64,000 nucleotides of DNA from Alphaproteobacteria bacterium (GTDB lineage: Bacteria; Pseudomonadota; Alphaproteobacteria; Caulobacterales; Hyphomonadaceae), in NCBI GenBank assembly GCA_016125405.1, contig WGLW01000035.1, forward strand, positions 5,886 through 69,885. Reading direction: 5' to 3'. Every line of letters starts with the position of its first letter. Within the stretch, counting starts at the first letter, position 1. The notes under the pieces were generated by a model that was not told where the DNA came from, did not search any database, and saw only the letters and a program-made list of their open reading frames with translations. This document shows positions 10,029 through 19,425 of the stretch, piece by piece. Position numbers and translations under genes: made by a program.

Positions 10029-10769
10029 ATGAGAAACGCCCCGATGCGACTGCCACTGATTTTCGCTGCTGCGCTTGCCCTGGGGGCGGTCGCCTGTTCC
10101 GGGCCAAAGGCTGAAACGGTCAAGGCGCCGGAAGCTGTCGATCGCATGCCTCGCGCCGAGGTCGAAGCGATCGTGCACGACTATCTGCTGAAAAATCCCG
10201 AAGTGCTGGTCGCCGCATTCAACGAATTGCAGATCCGCGAAAACGCGAAGGCATACGCCAAGCTGATCGGCAACAAGGACGATCCGGTTCTCGGCAATCC
10301 GGACGCCCCGATCACGATGGTTGAATTTTTCGACTACAACTGCGGGTACTGCAAAGCCGCCAACCCCTGGGTGTTCGACAAGATCGACTCCAAGAAGGGC
10401 GACGTGAAAGTGGTGTTCAAGGAATACCCTGTCCTTGCCCAATCCTCGCATCTCGCCTCGACGGCGGCGCTGGCCGCGCGCAAGCAAGGCAAGTACCGCG
10501 AAATGCACCTCGCCCTGATCAAGAGCCACGACCTGTCGCCTGAAACGATCGACAAGATTGCAACCTCGATCGGCCTCGACCTCGACAAGCTGCACAAGGA
10601 CATGAAGGGAGCGGACATCGCCGCTCACATCGATCGTGTGCTGAAGGAGGGCCAGGAAGCCGACGTGCAGGGCACGCCCGGCTTCTTCATCAACGGCCAG
10701 TTCCTCAACGGCTACAACGAAGCCAAGCTCGACGAGATGATCGCCGAAGCCCGCAAGAAGGAAGGCTGA
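10029..10769 (+). CDS. DsbA-family thiol:disulfide oxidoreductase, probable lipoprotein
   Basis: CGYC active site (FDYNCGYCKAA); lipobox-like LGAVAC near the N-terminus. Confidence 0.85.
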   Translation: MRNAPMRLPLIFAAALALGAVACSGPKAETVKAPEAVDRMPRAEVEAIVHDYLLKNPEVLVAAFNELQIRENAKAYAKLIGNKDDPVLGNPDAPITMVEFFDYNCGYCKAANPWVFDKIDSKKGDVKVVFKEYPVLAQSSHLASTAALAARKQGKYREMHLALIKSHDLSPETIDKIATSIGLDLDKLHKDMKGADIAAHIDRVLKEGQEADVQGTPGFFINGQFLNGYNEAKLDEMIAEARKKEG

Positions 10770-10772
10770 GGA

Positions 10773-11564
10773 TCAGATCAGTCCGCCGAGCGGGCTCGAC
10801 GGATCGGCGTAGCGCTTCTTGGCCATGCGGCCAGCGAGGTAAGCTTCCCTGCCCGCGATCACGGCGTGCTTCATGGCGCGGGCCATGCCGACGGGATCCT
10901 TTGCTCCGGCGATCGCAGTGTTGGCGATCACGGCGTCGCAGCCCAGTTCCATCGCGATAGTCGCATCCGACGCCGTGCCGACCCCTGCGTCCACCAGCAC
11001 AGGCACCTTCGCCTGCTCGACGATCAGACGGATATTGACCCGGTTCTGAATTCCCAGCCCTGAACCGATGGGCGACGCCGCAGGCATGATCGCCGCCGCG
11101 CCAGCGTCCTCAAGCCGCTTGGCGAACACGACATCGTCCGTGCAATAGACCATCACCTGGAAGCCATCGGCGACGAGCATCTCGAGCGCGCGCAAAGTCT
11201 CGATCATGTCAGGATAAAGGTGCGGAGTGTTTGAAAGAACCTCCAGCTTCACCAAGGACCAACCTCCCGCCTCGCGCGCCAGACGCAGCGTGCGCACGGC
11301 CTCTTCGCCGGTGTAACAACCCGCCGTGTTCGGCAGATACGTGAAGCGCTTGGGATCGAGATGGTCGATCAGCCTGTCAGACGTATTGTCCATCACGTTC
11401 ACGCGACGCAGGGCCACAGTCACGATCTCGGCGCCGGCGGCCTCGGCCGCCGCAGCGTTCTCCGCATAGGTCTTGTACTTGCCGGTGCCGACGATCAGCC
11501 GGGAGCCATAAGCCTTTCCGGCTATGACAAGGGGATCGTTGAGAAGGGTGGTTGTGTCAGGCAT
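10773..11564 (-). CDS. thiG: thiazole synthase
   Basis: Full-length ThiG-like sequence ([26 protein letters not shown]). Confidence 0.93.
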   Translation of the reverse strand: MPDTTTLLNDPLVIAGKAYGSRLIVGTGKYKTYAENAAAAEAAGAEIVTVALRRVNVMDNTSDRLIDHLDPKRFTYLPNTAGCYTGEEAVRTLRLAREAGGWSLVKLEVLSNTPHLYPDMIETLRALEMLVADGFQVMVYCTDDVVFAKRLEDAGAAAIMPAASPIGSGLGIQNRVNIRLIVEQAKVPVLVDAGVGTASDATIAMELGCDAVIANTAIAGAKDPVGMARAMKHAVIAGREAYLAGRMAKKRYADPSSPLGGLI

Positions 11565-11576
11565 CTTTTGCTCCGC

Positions 11577-11777
11577 TCACCCGCCGCCGACGAACTGGAC
11601 GATTTCGATCCGGTCGCCATCCGTAAGGGCCGTTACGCCATAGGCGGATTTCGGCACAATTTCCCGGTTGCGCTCCACCGCGATTCCCTTTTCAGGCAGG
11701 CCCAGGCTGGCCACGAAGTCCGCTATTGTGGCCCTGTCCGGAGCGGTCGCTGGTTCGCCATTGAGGAAGAGATTCAT
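11577..11777 (-). CDS. thiS: sulfur-carrier protein ThiS
   Basis: 66 aa with a ubiquitin-like fold pattern; ends in VGGG (C-terminal Gly-Gly); lies directly upstream of thiG. Confidence 0.88.
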   Translation of the reverse strand: MNLFLNGEPATAPDRATIADFVASLGLPEKGIAVERNREIVPKSAYGVTALTDGDRIEIVQFVGGG

Positions 11778-11857
11778 TTGATCCGCCTCGGGATTCGCCT
11801 AAACCTGCGCGCCAACTGCTGTGGCGCATCACAGGCGTCTTCAGGTAAGGTCCGTCA

Positions 11858-12307
11858 ATGACTTTGACCATCTACTGCCTCAACGGGCCCAACCTCAACC
11901 TGCTGGGGACCCGCGAGCCCGCCATATACGGCAAGGGAACGCTGGAAGACCTGAAGGCCCTGTCGGAACAGGCTGCGGCGGGGGTGAAAGCCCAGCTGGT
12001 CTTCCGGCAATCCAACCAGGAGGGCGACCTTGTGGACTGGGTTCAGGAAGCCCGCACAAAGGCGTCAGCGGTCGTGATCAACGCGGGTGGGTATACGCAT
12101 ACTTCGGTCGCCCTGCACGACGCCCTCAAGGTCTTGACCATCCCGGTCGTGGAAGTGCACCTGAGCAATCCGGGGATTCGGGAGGAATTTCGGCACAAGA
12201 GCCTTGTTTCTCCTGCGGCGTCGGGCCTCATCGCCGGGTTCGGCGCCTATGGATACCGCCTCGCCATCGAAGCGGCAGCACAACTTGCGGAACAACGGAG
12301 CAACTGA
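11858..12307 (+). CDS. aroQ: type II 3-dehydroquinate dehydratase
   Basis: [18 protein letters not shown] hallmark; HLSNP motif. Confidence 0.93.
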   Translation: MTLTIYCLNGPNLNLLGTREPAIYGKGTLEDLKALSEQAAAGVKAQLVFRQSNQEGDLVDWVQEARTKASAVVINAGGYTHTSVALHDALKVLTIPVVEVHLSNPGIREEFRHKSLVSPAASGLIAGFGAYGYRLAIEAAAQLAEQRSN

Positions 12308-12312
12308 GAACC

Positions 12313-12786
12313 ATGCCAGAGAAGAACGGCAAGTTCGACACCGGGCTGATCCGCGAGCTCGCGGCGATCCTCCGCGAGGCAGATCTCGGCGAGGTCGAGA
12401 TTCAACAGGGCGACCTGCGCATTCGCGTGTCCAAACCGGAATCACCCGCGGTCACGATGTCGGCGCCGGCTTACGTCGCCCCTCCGGTCGCTCACGCGCC
12501 GGCCCCGGCGGCGCAGTCCCCGGCGGCCGCGGCCGCTCCGGCCGGCGACCATCCTGGTACCGTGAAATCGCCAATGGTGGGCACCGTCTATCTGGCGGCG
12601 GAAGCAGGCGCCGCCCCATTCGTAAAAGTTGGCGACACGGTGAAAGAAGGCCAGACGCTCTTGCTTGTCGAAGCAATGAAGACCTTCAACCCGGTTCTCG
12701 CTCCGCGCGCGGGAACAGTGACCCAGTTGCTGGTGTCGAACGAGCAGCCAGTCGAGTACGGCGAAGCCCTCGTCGTCATCGAATAG
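12313..12786 (+). CDS. accB: acetyl-CoA carboxylase biotin carboxyl carrier protein
   Basis: Starts MPEKNGKFD at ATG 12313; Ala/Pro linker; biotinyl-lysine motif EAMKTFN. The 321-aa ORF 11821..12786 is an upstream extension artefact in the same frame. Confidence 0.9.
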   Translation: MPEKNGKFDTGLIRELAAILREADLGEVEIQQGDLRIRVSKPESPAVTMSAPAYVAPPVAHAPAPAAQSPAAAAAPAGDHPGTVKSPMVGTVYLAAEAGAAPFVKVGDTVKEGQTLLLVEAMKTFNPVLAPRAGTVTQLLVSNEQPVEYGEALVVIE

Positions 12787-12796
12787 CGCCACAGAG

Positions 12797-14170
12797 ATGT
12801 TCGAGAAGATCCTCATAGCCAACCGCGGAGAGATCGCTCTTCGCATTCATCGTGCGTGCAAGGAGATGGGTATCTCCACGGTCGCCGTGCATTCCGAGGC
12901 CGACCGCAGCGCCATGCACGTTCGGCTCGCCGACGAAAGCGTTTGCATCGGGCCGGCGCCGTCGGTGAAGTCCTATCTTCACATCCCCTCGATCATCGCC
13001 GCCGCCGAGATCACCGGCGCTCAGGCTATCCATCCAGGTTACGGCTTCCTCTCCGAGAACGCGAAGTTCGCGGAGATCGTCGAAAAGCACAACATCACCT
13101 TCATCGGCCCACGCGCTGAACATATCCGCATGATGGGCGACAAAATCACTGCCAAGGATGCGATCAAGGCCGCTGGTGTACCGGTCGTGCCCGGCTCGGA
13201 TGGCGGCGTGGACACCGCCGAAGAAGTCAAAAAGATCGCCAAGGACATTGGCTACCCTGTTCTGGTGAAAGCGACAGCTGGTGGCGGCGGGCGGGGCATG
13301 AAGGTGGCGCGCACGGCCGACGAGATCGAGGTCGCCTGGCGAACAGCGCGCACCGAAGCAAAGGCCGCCTTTGGGAACGACAGCGTCTATCTTGAGAAGT
13401 ATCTTGAAAAACCGCGCCACATCGAACTTCAAGTGATCGCCGACAGTCACGGCAACGTCGTTCACCTCGGCGAACGCGACTGCTCGCTGCAACGGCGCCA
13501 CCAGAAAATACTCGAGGAAGCGCCCTCGCCCGCTCTCAGCGCCAAACAACGCGAAGCGATTGGTCGCACGGTCTGCACGGCGATCAAGAAGCTTGGCTAT
13601 CTTGGCGTCGGTACAATCGAGTTTCTCTACGAAAACGATGAATTCTACTTCATCGAGATGAACACCCGGCTGCAGGTCGAGCATCCGGTAACCGAGATGA
13701 TCACCGGCATCGATCTGGTGCGCGAACAGATCCGCATTGCCGCAGGCGCCAAGCTGTCATTCACCCAGAAGGACGTCACGTTCTCAGGTCACGCTATCGA
13801 ATGCCGGATCAACGCCGAAAACCCCGAAACGTTCACGCCCTGCCCGGGATTGGTGACGGACTTCCACGCGCCCGGTGGTCTGGGCGTCCGTCTCGATAGC
13901 GCCGTCTATTCCGGCTATCGCGTACCGCCGACCTACGACAGCCTGATCGGCAAACTGATCGTGCACGGGCAGACGCGACCTGAAGCGCTGATGCGGATGA
14001 AGCGGTCGCTCGATGAAATGGTCGTCAACGGCGTCGAGACGACCCTCCCGTTGCATATGCGCTTGATGGAAAACCCAGACTTCCAGTCGGGCGAATATGA
14101 CATTCACTGGCTGGAAAACTTCCTGAAGGTCGACGCCGAAGCGAAACAGAAGGCGGGAAAGGCGACGTGA
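12797..14170 (+). CDS. accC: acetyl-CoA carboxylase biotin carboxylase subunit
   Basis: [13 protein letters not shown]; ATP-grasp GGGGRGM; [15 protein letters not shown]. Confidence 0.95.
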   Translation: MFEKILIANRGEIALRIHRACKEMGISTVAVHSEADRSAMHVRLADESVCIGPAPSVKSYLHIPSIIAAAEITGAQAIHPGYGFLSENAKFAEIVEKHNITFIGPRAEHIRMMGDKITAKDAIKAAGVPVVPGSDGGVDTAEEVKKIAKDIGYPVLVKATAGGGGRGMKVARTADEIEVAWRTARTEAKAAFGNDSVYLEKYLEKPRHIELQVIADSHGNVVHLGERDCSLQRRHQKILEEAPSPALSAKQREAIGRTVCTAIKKLGYLGVGTIEFLYENDEFYFIEMNTRLQVEHPVTEMITGIDLVREQIRIAAGAKLSFTQKDVTFSGHAIECRINAENPETFTPCPGLVTDFHAPGGLGVRLDSAVYSGYRVPPTYDSLIGKLIVHGQTRPEALMRMKRSLDEMVVNGVETTLPLHMRLMENPDFQSGEYDIHWLENFLKVDAEAKQKAGKAT

Positions 14171-14171
14171 C

Positions 14172-14924
14172 GTGAGCCGGGTATTCGGCCCGAATGAGCT
14201 CCTCGATTGCTATCGCCGCGGCGTCTTCCCGATGGCCGACTCGGCCGATGATCCACGCCTCTTTCTCGTCGACCCTGATCAACGCGGCGTGTTGCCCCTC
14301 GACGGCTTCCACCTATCGCGCAAACTGCGCAAGACTGTGCTCGCCAACCGGTTCACAGTACGCGTCGACACTGCCTTCGCCCAGGTGATGGATTGCTGCG
14401 CCGAACCCGCCCCCGGCCGGATCAATACCTGGATCAATGCCCCGATTCACAACCTCTACGGCGCGCTGCATCGCATGGGTTATGCCCACAGCGTCGAGTG
14501 CTGGGAGGGAGACGATCTCGTGGGCGGCCTTTATGGCGTGCACGTCAGAGGAGCGTTTTTCGGGGAGAGCATGTTCTCCAGGCGCACTGACGCATCAAAG
14601 GTTGCGCTGGTGCATCTTGTCGGAAGGCTTCTGCACGGGGGCTTCCGCCTCCTCGACACGCAGTTCATCACCCAACACCTGAGGCAGTTCGGAGCCGTGG
14701 AAATCGACCGGGACGAATTCCAGCGCCGGCTGGCCGACGCCATGTCGGTTGAAGCCTCGTTCGGAAGCGAGGCCTACTGGTTGGACGGAACGGACGGATC
14801 GGGAAGCGGAACGCCGACTGGCGCGTCGGCTGGCGCGGACGCCGGCGCTGCCGGCGGTTCGACAGATCCGCCCGCCGGAGGTGGCGCCGAGGCCGCGGTG
14901 CAGCTGATTACCCAGACATCGTAG
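14172..14924 (+). CDS. aat: leucyl/phenylalanyl-tRNA--protein transferase
   Basis: GVFPM, INTWINAPI and FFGESMFS motifs; GTG start 1 nt after the accC stop; Gly/Ala-rich insert before the terminal LITQTS. Confidence 0.88.
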   Translation: MSRVFGPNELLDCYRRGVFPMADSADDPRLFLVDPDQRGVLPLDGFHLSRKLRKTVLANRFTVRVDTAFAQVMDCCAEPAPGRINTWINAPIHNLYGALHRMGYAHSVECWEGDDLVGGLYGVHVRGAFFGESMFSRRTDASKVALVHLVGRLLHGGFRLLDTQFITQHLRQFGAVEIDRDEFQRRLADAMSVEASFGSEAYWLDGTDGSGSGTPTGASAGADAGAAGGSTDPPAGGGAEAAVQLITQTS

Positions 14925-15319
14925 ACGGGATGCTCCAGCGCATTCAGGCCCGGCGAAGAAGCAAACATCCAGCCAGAGAACAACGGGGCGTCAGGTCCAA
15001 GTGAGGCTGACTTGGGCTTTTCCTTGTCCGGCCCCAACTCGGCCAGCGGCTTGTCCTGCGCAGCGCCGCGCGAGCGAATTTCCAGAAACGCTTCCGATTC
15101 CGGCGTGTCCTCCGGAGGCGCCTGCCAGCAAGCCCGAAGCGTAATTGCGATCCGGCCGAAATCCTTCGTCTCGCCAACCTTCACGGTCAGGTCGGTCGCA
15201 TCGCCCGTAATCTTCTCAAGAGCCCGAAGATGCGCGCCCTGGCGGGGTTCAAGCGCATTCGCCGACGCAGCAAGGCCGACGACGGCGATACCAACGGCGA
15301 CGACGCCAAACGGTTTCAC
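14774..15319 (-). CDS. DUF2155-like secreted protein
   Basis: Signal peptide; KITGDATDLTVKVGET...ITLRACW...HPVYDVWVISC pattern (family recalled from memory); Pro/Ala tail. Its GTG start overlaps the mlaD stop (GTGA). Confidence 0.65.
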   Translation of the reverse strand: MKPFGVVAVGIAVVGLAASANALEPRQGAHLRALEKITGDATDLTVKVGETKDFGRIAITLRACWQAPPEDTPESEAFLEIRSRGAAQDKPLAELGPDKEKPKSASLGPDAPLFSGWMFASSPGLNALEHPVYDVWVISCTAASAPPPAGGSVEPPAAPASAPADAPVGVPLPDPSVPSNQ

Positions 15320-15816
15320 TGCGGGGCTCCTTGCTGACTTTGGCCCCCGCCATCACTGTTGCTCTTGCCTGCGCTGCTCGCGAATTCGGACAGCACGGTA
15401 AGCAGATCCACGCTCCCGCGCGTATACTCGACCATGCCCGTCCCGTCGTCCGGCAGGAATTCCGACGAACCGCCGATCAGCAAGCCGATGTACGAGCCAC
15501 CCAGAAGGCCGTCAGAAATGACCTGGGCCGTTGTGTCGTCTGGTATTTCAACGCCCTTCTTCACCGAGAAGTCGACCACGGCCTTGTAGCTCTTGGGATC
15601 GAGCTTGATGCTCGTGACGGATCCAACCTTGACGCCGGCAACGCGCACATCGGTGCCCGTCGAAACGCCATCGATCCGGTTGAATTTGGCGCTCAGGGCA
15701 TAGCTGTCCGCAAGCGAAGCCGCCGAGCTGCGCTGCTGCAGTGAGAAAAACAGGAATGCGCCGGCCACGGCGACCACTAGGACGCCCACCAGCGTTTCAA
15801 AGAGGGATTCACGCAT
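15316..15816 (-). CDS. mlaD: MlaD-type MCE-domain lipid-transport protein
   Basis: N-terminal TM helix plus a single MCE domain (GVSTGTDVRVAGVKVGSVTSIKLD). Its start overlaps the upstream gene by 8 nt. Confidence 0.85.
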   Translation of the reverse strand: MRESLFETLVGVLVVAVAGAFLFFSLQQRSSAASLADSYALSAKFNRIDGVSTGTDVRVAGVKVGSVTSIKLDPKSYKAVVDFSVKKGVEIPDDTTAQVISDGLLGGSYIGLLIGGSSEFLPDDGTGMVEYTRGSVDLLTVLSEFASSAGKSNSDGGGQSQQGAPQ

Positions 15817-16201
15817 CCGGTTTCCAGGCCTCGTAATCCCCGGTGCTGGCCGCCCGTTCGCCGCCTTCGGCCAGGCTGCCTTTTGGCCGATAGGCCTCCA
15901 GCGTTCCGGTTAGGTTGGGCTTGTGGGGCAGTTCCCAGCTCTTCTTCGGAAGCGGACTTTCCGATGGCGGTTTGTCGAAAGTGTGGTGCATCCAGCCATG
16001 CCAGTCGGGCGGGACTTTCGAGCCGTCCGCATAACCTTTGTAAATCACATAGCGCCGCTTGCGGCCTTCCAGGCTGGGTTTGCGCTCCTCGTAATACTTG
16101 TTGCCCTGGTCATCAGTGCCGACCAGCGCCGCACGCCGGCCAATGTCGAACCGGGCGCCGATCGTCGCTCCGTTCCACCAGGAGAAAATTGCTTTCAGCA
16201 T
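15809..16201 (-). CDS. NADH:ubiquinone oxidoreductase subunit NDUFA12 homologue
   Basis: MLKAIFSWWNG...GNKYYE...RRYVIYKG...VPPDWHGWMHHT, the NDUFA12 family pattern. The true start is ATG 16201; the 224-aa ORF to 16483 is an extension artefact. Confidence 0.85.
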   Translation of the reverse strand: MLKAIFSWWNGATIGARFDIGRRAALVGTDDQGNKYYEERKPSLEGRKRRYVIYKGYADGSKVPPDWHGWMHHTFDKPPSESPLPKKSWELPHKPNLTGTLEAYRPKGSLAEGGERAASTGDYEAWKPDA

Positions 16202-16509
16202 CAGTGCTCCGCCCGAATCCACCCCGTCCATGCCCGGCCGAAGCGGCGCGAATATGGCGCCTGCGAACGGTCGGGTCCAGCAGGCGGGCCGACCGTTACT
16301 GCGCCCTGCGGGCGTCCCCGTTGCCCCCCCGTTGAATATGCCAGCGAAGCGCCGGGGGCATGCCCGTGCATGGGGCAAACACCGGCTAGACTGTCGCGAT
16401 GTCCCGGTAAGACGCGAGATTTCCTGTGGGCAAGGGCCTGCGCGAAGATGCAGAATCTGGCTGATTCGCTCAAAGCGCTCCACGCTCGCGGCGTACGCGG
16501 AGTCTGTTC

Positions 16510-18996
16510 ATGCCCGAAGCCCGGTCCAAGGCGAGCAATCGCCAGCTTGCACGCGCTCTCGAGACCGGGGCTGCCTTGCTGGACCTCGCAGATGGCGAAG
16601 CGCCGGCGACCCGCCATCTGAACGCTCACTTCGCCGCGATCCGTACGCTCGCGGGCGAATCCGAAGCCGCCGATGCGGTGTGTGACGCCGTCCGGGCGCG
16701 CAAGTTCACCCCCATCACGCCCGCCTCCCTGCTCGACGGCGCCCGACTTACAACACTCGCGGCCTCCGCCCTGCCCGCAGCCCTTTCGGACGCCGCTTCG
16801 ACTGCATCGGCCCGCATGGTGGCGACGCAGGCATTTGTCGCCGTCGCTGATGCCCTGGAAACACTGACGATCGAAACCGACGAACACGGCCGGCCAACCA
16901 CAGCAGCACTGATCGACGCCTTCCGCGCGGGCGCCGACGCAGACCTCGTCGAAATCGCGCTGTGCACGCCGGGCGGACCAAGAGCAGCTGCGATCACGTT
17001 GCGCCGCCAGGCAGCAGGAGCCCGTGAACCCGGCAGCTACGCGTACGCCATCCCGGGCTGGGACAATCTGGAGGCGGCTGACATAGCGGGCGCATTCGAG
17101 CGCATCGCCAAGACGCGGCTCGCGCTTGAAGTTCGACTGGGCGAAATGCCGGTTTCCGCGGCTGAACCTGCTGTGGCCGTCAACCTTGCGCGCTACGCCA
17201 TTGGCGGCGGAGCTGACCTGGAAGTGCTTGCCGCCGATCTGCTTGCGCTTTCAACCGTTGCGCCGGGATGCACGGTCTATCTCGCAGGTCTCGGCGCTGC
17301 CGTCATGTCTCGAGGCCTTGCCTACGACAGCCCGGACGGTGTTGCCGCAGCAGCCAGTCTGTGCGCGCTTGCAGCGATCGGCTCAGGCACGCTGGACGCA
17401 CCTGGCCGCACAAAAGCCGCTGATCTTGCACCCTTGGCTGGTCTTAACTTGCCGACTGCTGTGCCCGATCGGCCAGGGCGAGTTTTGTTGGACCGCATTT
17501 CCGCATCGGGTCTGCGTTGGACCATGGCTGAGAGCAGCGGTGCAGATCCGGTCGATCTCCTGCTGACGGCAGAAGACGAGCAGATTCCTCAGCTTTCGAC
17601 CTGCGTTGGGGCCGCGCTCGATACGGTCGCTTCGAAATCCGATGCACAGGATGTGCGCCTGCGCATCCTGGGGGCACGCACGCTCGACCAGATCGACGGC
17701 CTGGAACGATCCAGGCTGGAATCCCGCGGTCTAACAACGGACGCACTCGACAAGGTCGAGCAGGCCCTGAAGGATGGACTGAGCCTGGCAGCCGCCTTCT
17801 CCCGCTGGGTGGTCGGTGATGAGGTTATCCGGAAGCGGCTCGGACTTTCTCCGGAAGCATTCGATACTGACGGCGAAGCACTGTTGCGCGCTTTGGGCAT
17901 CAGCCCGAAAGAGATCGAGGAAGCGCGTGTCACCGTGCAGGGTCGCCGCCGCCCGGTCTCAAACCCCAAATCACCGCTGGCGAAAATTCTGGCGCGCTCG
18001 GATGGCGTAACGACGGAAGCACGGGCGCGAATGGCGGCAGCCTGTTCGCCATTTCTGGCCCGGCCCGCCGTATTGACCATTCCGGAATGCGATATGTCCG
18101 ACCAGGCGCGTATGACTGTTCATGCCTCAGTACGCGCGGCGATGAAGCACGGACTTGGCTTGCGTATCGAAGCCGGCCGTCCAGGTGTCGACGGTGAGTT
18201 GAGAAACCGGATTGCCGAAGCGCGGCGTCGCGCCCGGGCGCCGGTTGGTCCGGACACCCACACGCTGGCGACATCGTTCGAACGCCCGGCGCCACCAGTG
18301 CAGCATTCGAACGAGCCCTATGTCGCCGAACGGCAGCGTCTTCCAGATCGCCGCAAGGGCTATATCCAGAAGGCGAGTGTCGGCGGTCACAAGGTCTACC
18401 TTCACACCGGTGAATTCGATGATGGCGAGCTGGGCGAGATATTCATCGACATGCACAAGGAAGGCGCCGCTTTCCGCTCCCTGATGAACAATTTCGCCAT
18501 CGCCATCTCGATCGGCCTGCAATACGGCGTGCCGCTCGAGGAATTCGTGGACGCGTTCGTGTTCACCCGTTTCGAACCGGCGGGCGAAGTAACCGGCAAC
18601 GATTCAATTCGCCGGGCGACATCGATACTCGACTACATATTCCGCGAGTTGGCCGTCTCCTATCTCGGGCGAGATGACCTGGCCGAGGCCGACAATGTCA
18701 GTCATGATGGTCTGGGCAGCGGCGAACATGAGGGTGCGGAACATCCCGCCCCTCACGCCGAACAGCTGATTTCCCGCGGTTTCTCGCGTGGCGTCATGCC
18801 GGATAATATTGTGCCCTTCCAGACACGCCGCTCCGCTGGCGAACGCACTGAACAGGCCGATGCGCCAACAATCACGCCGCAGCATGATCCCGACTATCTG
18901 TCCGACGCTTGCCCCAGCTGCGGGCATTTCACGCTGAAGGCAGATGATGGCGTTGCCGTTTGCGACGCCTGCGGGTCGGTCGTGCAAACAGCGTGA
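16510..18996 (+). CDS. class II (B12-dependent) ribonucleotide reductase-like protein with degenerate catalytic core and C-terminal zinc ribbon
   Basis: The C-terminal third is strongly NrdJ-like ([70 protein letters not shown]; [11 protein letters not shown]; CPSCG-x14-CDACG). The N-terminal part retains only vestiges of RNR motifs (see findings). Confidence 0.75.
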   Translation: MPEARSKASNRQLARALETGAALLDLADGEAPATRHLNAHFAAIRTLAGESEAADAVCDAVRARKFTPITPASLLDGARLTTLAASALPAALSDAASTASARMVATQAFVAVADALETLTIETDEHGRPTTAALIDAFRAGADADLVEIALCTPGGPRAAAITLRRQAAGAREPGSYAYAIPGWDNLEAADIAGAFERIAKTRLALEVRLGEMPVSAAEPAVAVNLARYAIGGGADLEVLAADLLALSTVAPGCTVYLAGLGAAVMSRGLAYDSPDGVAAAASLCALAAIGSGTLDAPGRTKAADLAPLAGLNLPTAVPDRPGRVLLDRISASGLRWTMAESSGADPVDLLLTAEDEQIPQLSTCVGAALDTVASKSDAQDVRLRILGARTLDQIDGLERSRLESRGLTTDALDKVEQALKDGLSLAAAFSRWVVGDEVIRKRLGLSPEAFDTDGEALLRALGISPKEIEEARVTVQGRRRPVSNPKSPLAKILARSDGVTTEARARMAAACSPFLARPAVLTIPECDMSDQARMTVHASVRAAMKHGLGLRIEAGRPGVDGELRNRIAEARRRARAPVGPDTHTLATSFERPAPPVQHSNEPYVAERQRLPDRRKGYIQKASVGGHKVYLHTGEFDDGELGEIFIDMHKEGAAFRSLMNNFAIAISIGLQYGVPLEEFVDAFVFTRFEPAGEVTGNDSIRRATSILDYIFRELAVSYLGRDDLAEADNVSHDGLGSGEHEGAEHPAPHAEQLISRGFSRGVMPDNIVPFQTRRSAGERTEQADAPTITPQHDPDYLSDACPSCGHFTLKADDGVAVCDACGSVVQTA

Positions 18997-19003
18997 GGCG
19001 GCG

Positions 19004-19420
19004 CTAGTCGCCCATCTTGCCAGCAAGCGCCTTGAAGCAGGCGCAGTTCGACAGGTCCCCACACGCCAGTTCCTCGAACTGGAGGTCGAGACCCTCAGCC
19101 AGGATCTCCTGTTGCGGGCGATCGAGAATCAAGGCGGCGAGGCGAAGCGCGCGGGCGCGGTCTCGCGTCATGCGAACAGTCGAGCGCGATGGAACATGTG
19201 CGCCATGTTCTTCACCGACTGTCTGCGGCGGTGGTTCGGTCTCCGGCTGCTCCAGCGGCCTGGTGGCAATCCACGACGGCCCGCCCTGAGGCCGACGCAA
19301 CTGGCCAAATCCCGCGGGCTCGACATGCGACGGCGGGTGCGGCGGTTCGCTGCTGGGCTTGGCGTCGCCCTTGCGCGCGAGCAGGCCGGCGTGAAGTGAG
19401 GCGAACGTGGCGCTCCGCAT
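19004..19420 (-). CDS. ribbon-helix-helix (ParG/CopG-like) small DNA-binding protein, partner of the ParA-like ATPase
   Basis: High GC3 on this strand. Disordered Pro-rich N-terminus, then a strand-helix-helix pattern: STVRMT-RDRARALRLAALIL-DRP-QQEILAEGLDLQFEEL. Starts 5 nt after the ParA-like stop. Confidence 0.6.
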   Translation of the reverse strand: MRSATFASLHAGLLARKGDAKPSSEPPHPPSHVEPAGFGQLRRPQGGPSWIATRPLEQPETEPPPQTVGEEHGAHVPSRSTVRMTRDRARALRLAALILDRPQQEILAEGLDLQFEELACGDLSNCACFKALAGKMGD

Positions 19421-19425
19421 GATCC

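Noticed and set aside
11778-11857. Possible TPP riboswitch upstream of thiS-thiG
   Set aside because: Only 80 nt are available before the divergent aroQ start. On the minus strand there is an ACCTGA, but no CTGAGA box and no GGGGTGC / pyrimidine-sensor helices, so the element does not fit.
11821-12312. 321-aa ORF 11821..12786 spanning aroQ in another frame
   Set aside because: It is the accB frame running open upstream. The real accB starts at ATG 12313 (MPEKNGKFD), and the upstream part overlaps the well-supported aroQ and is Arg/Gly/Pro junk.
16202-16483. 94-codon N-terminal extension of the NDUFA12 homologue in the ORF track
   Set aside because: The extension has no family similarity and non-coding-like composition. 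The conserved protein begins at MLKAIFSWWNG (ATG 16201).
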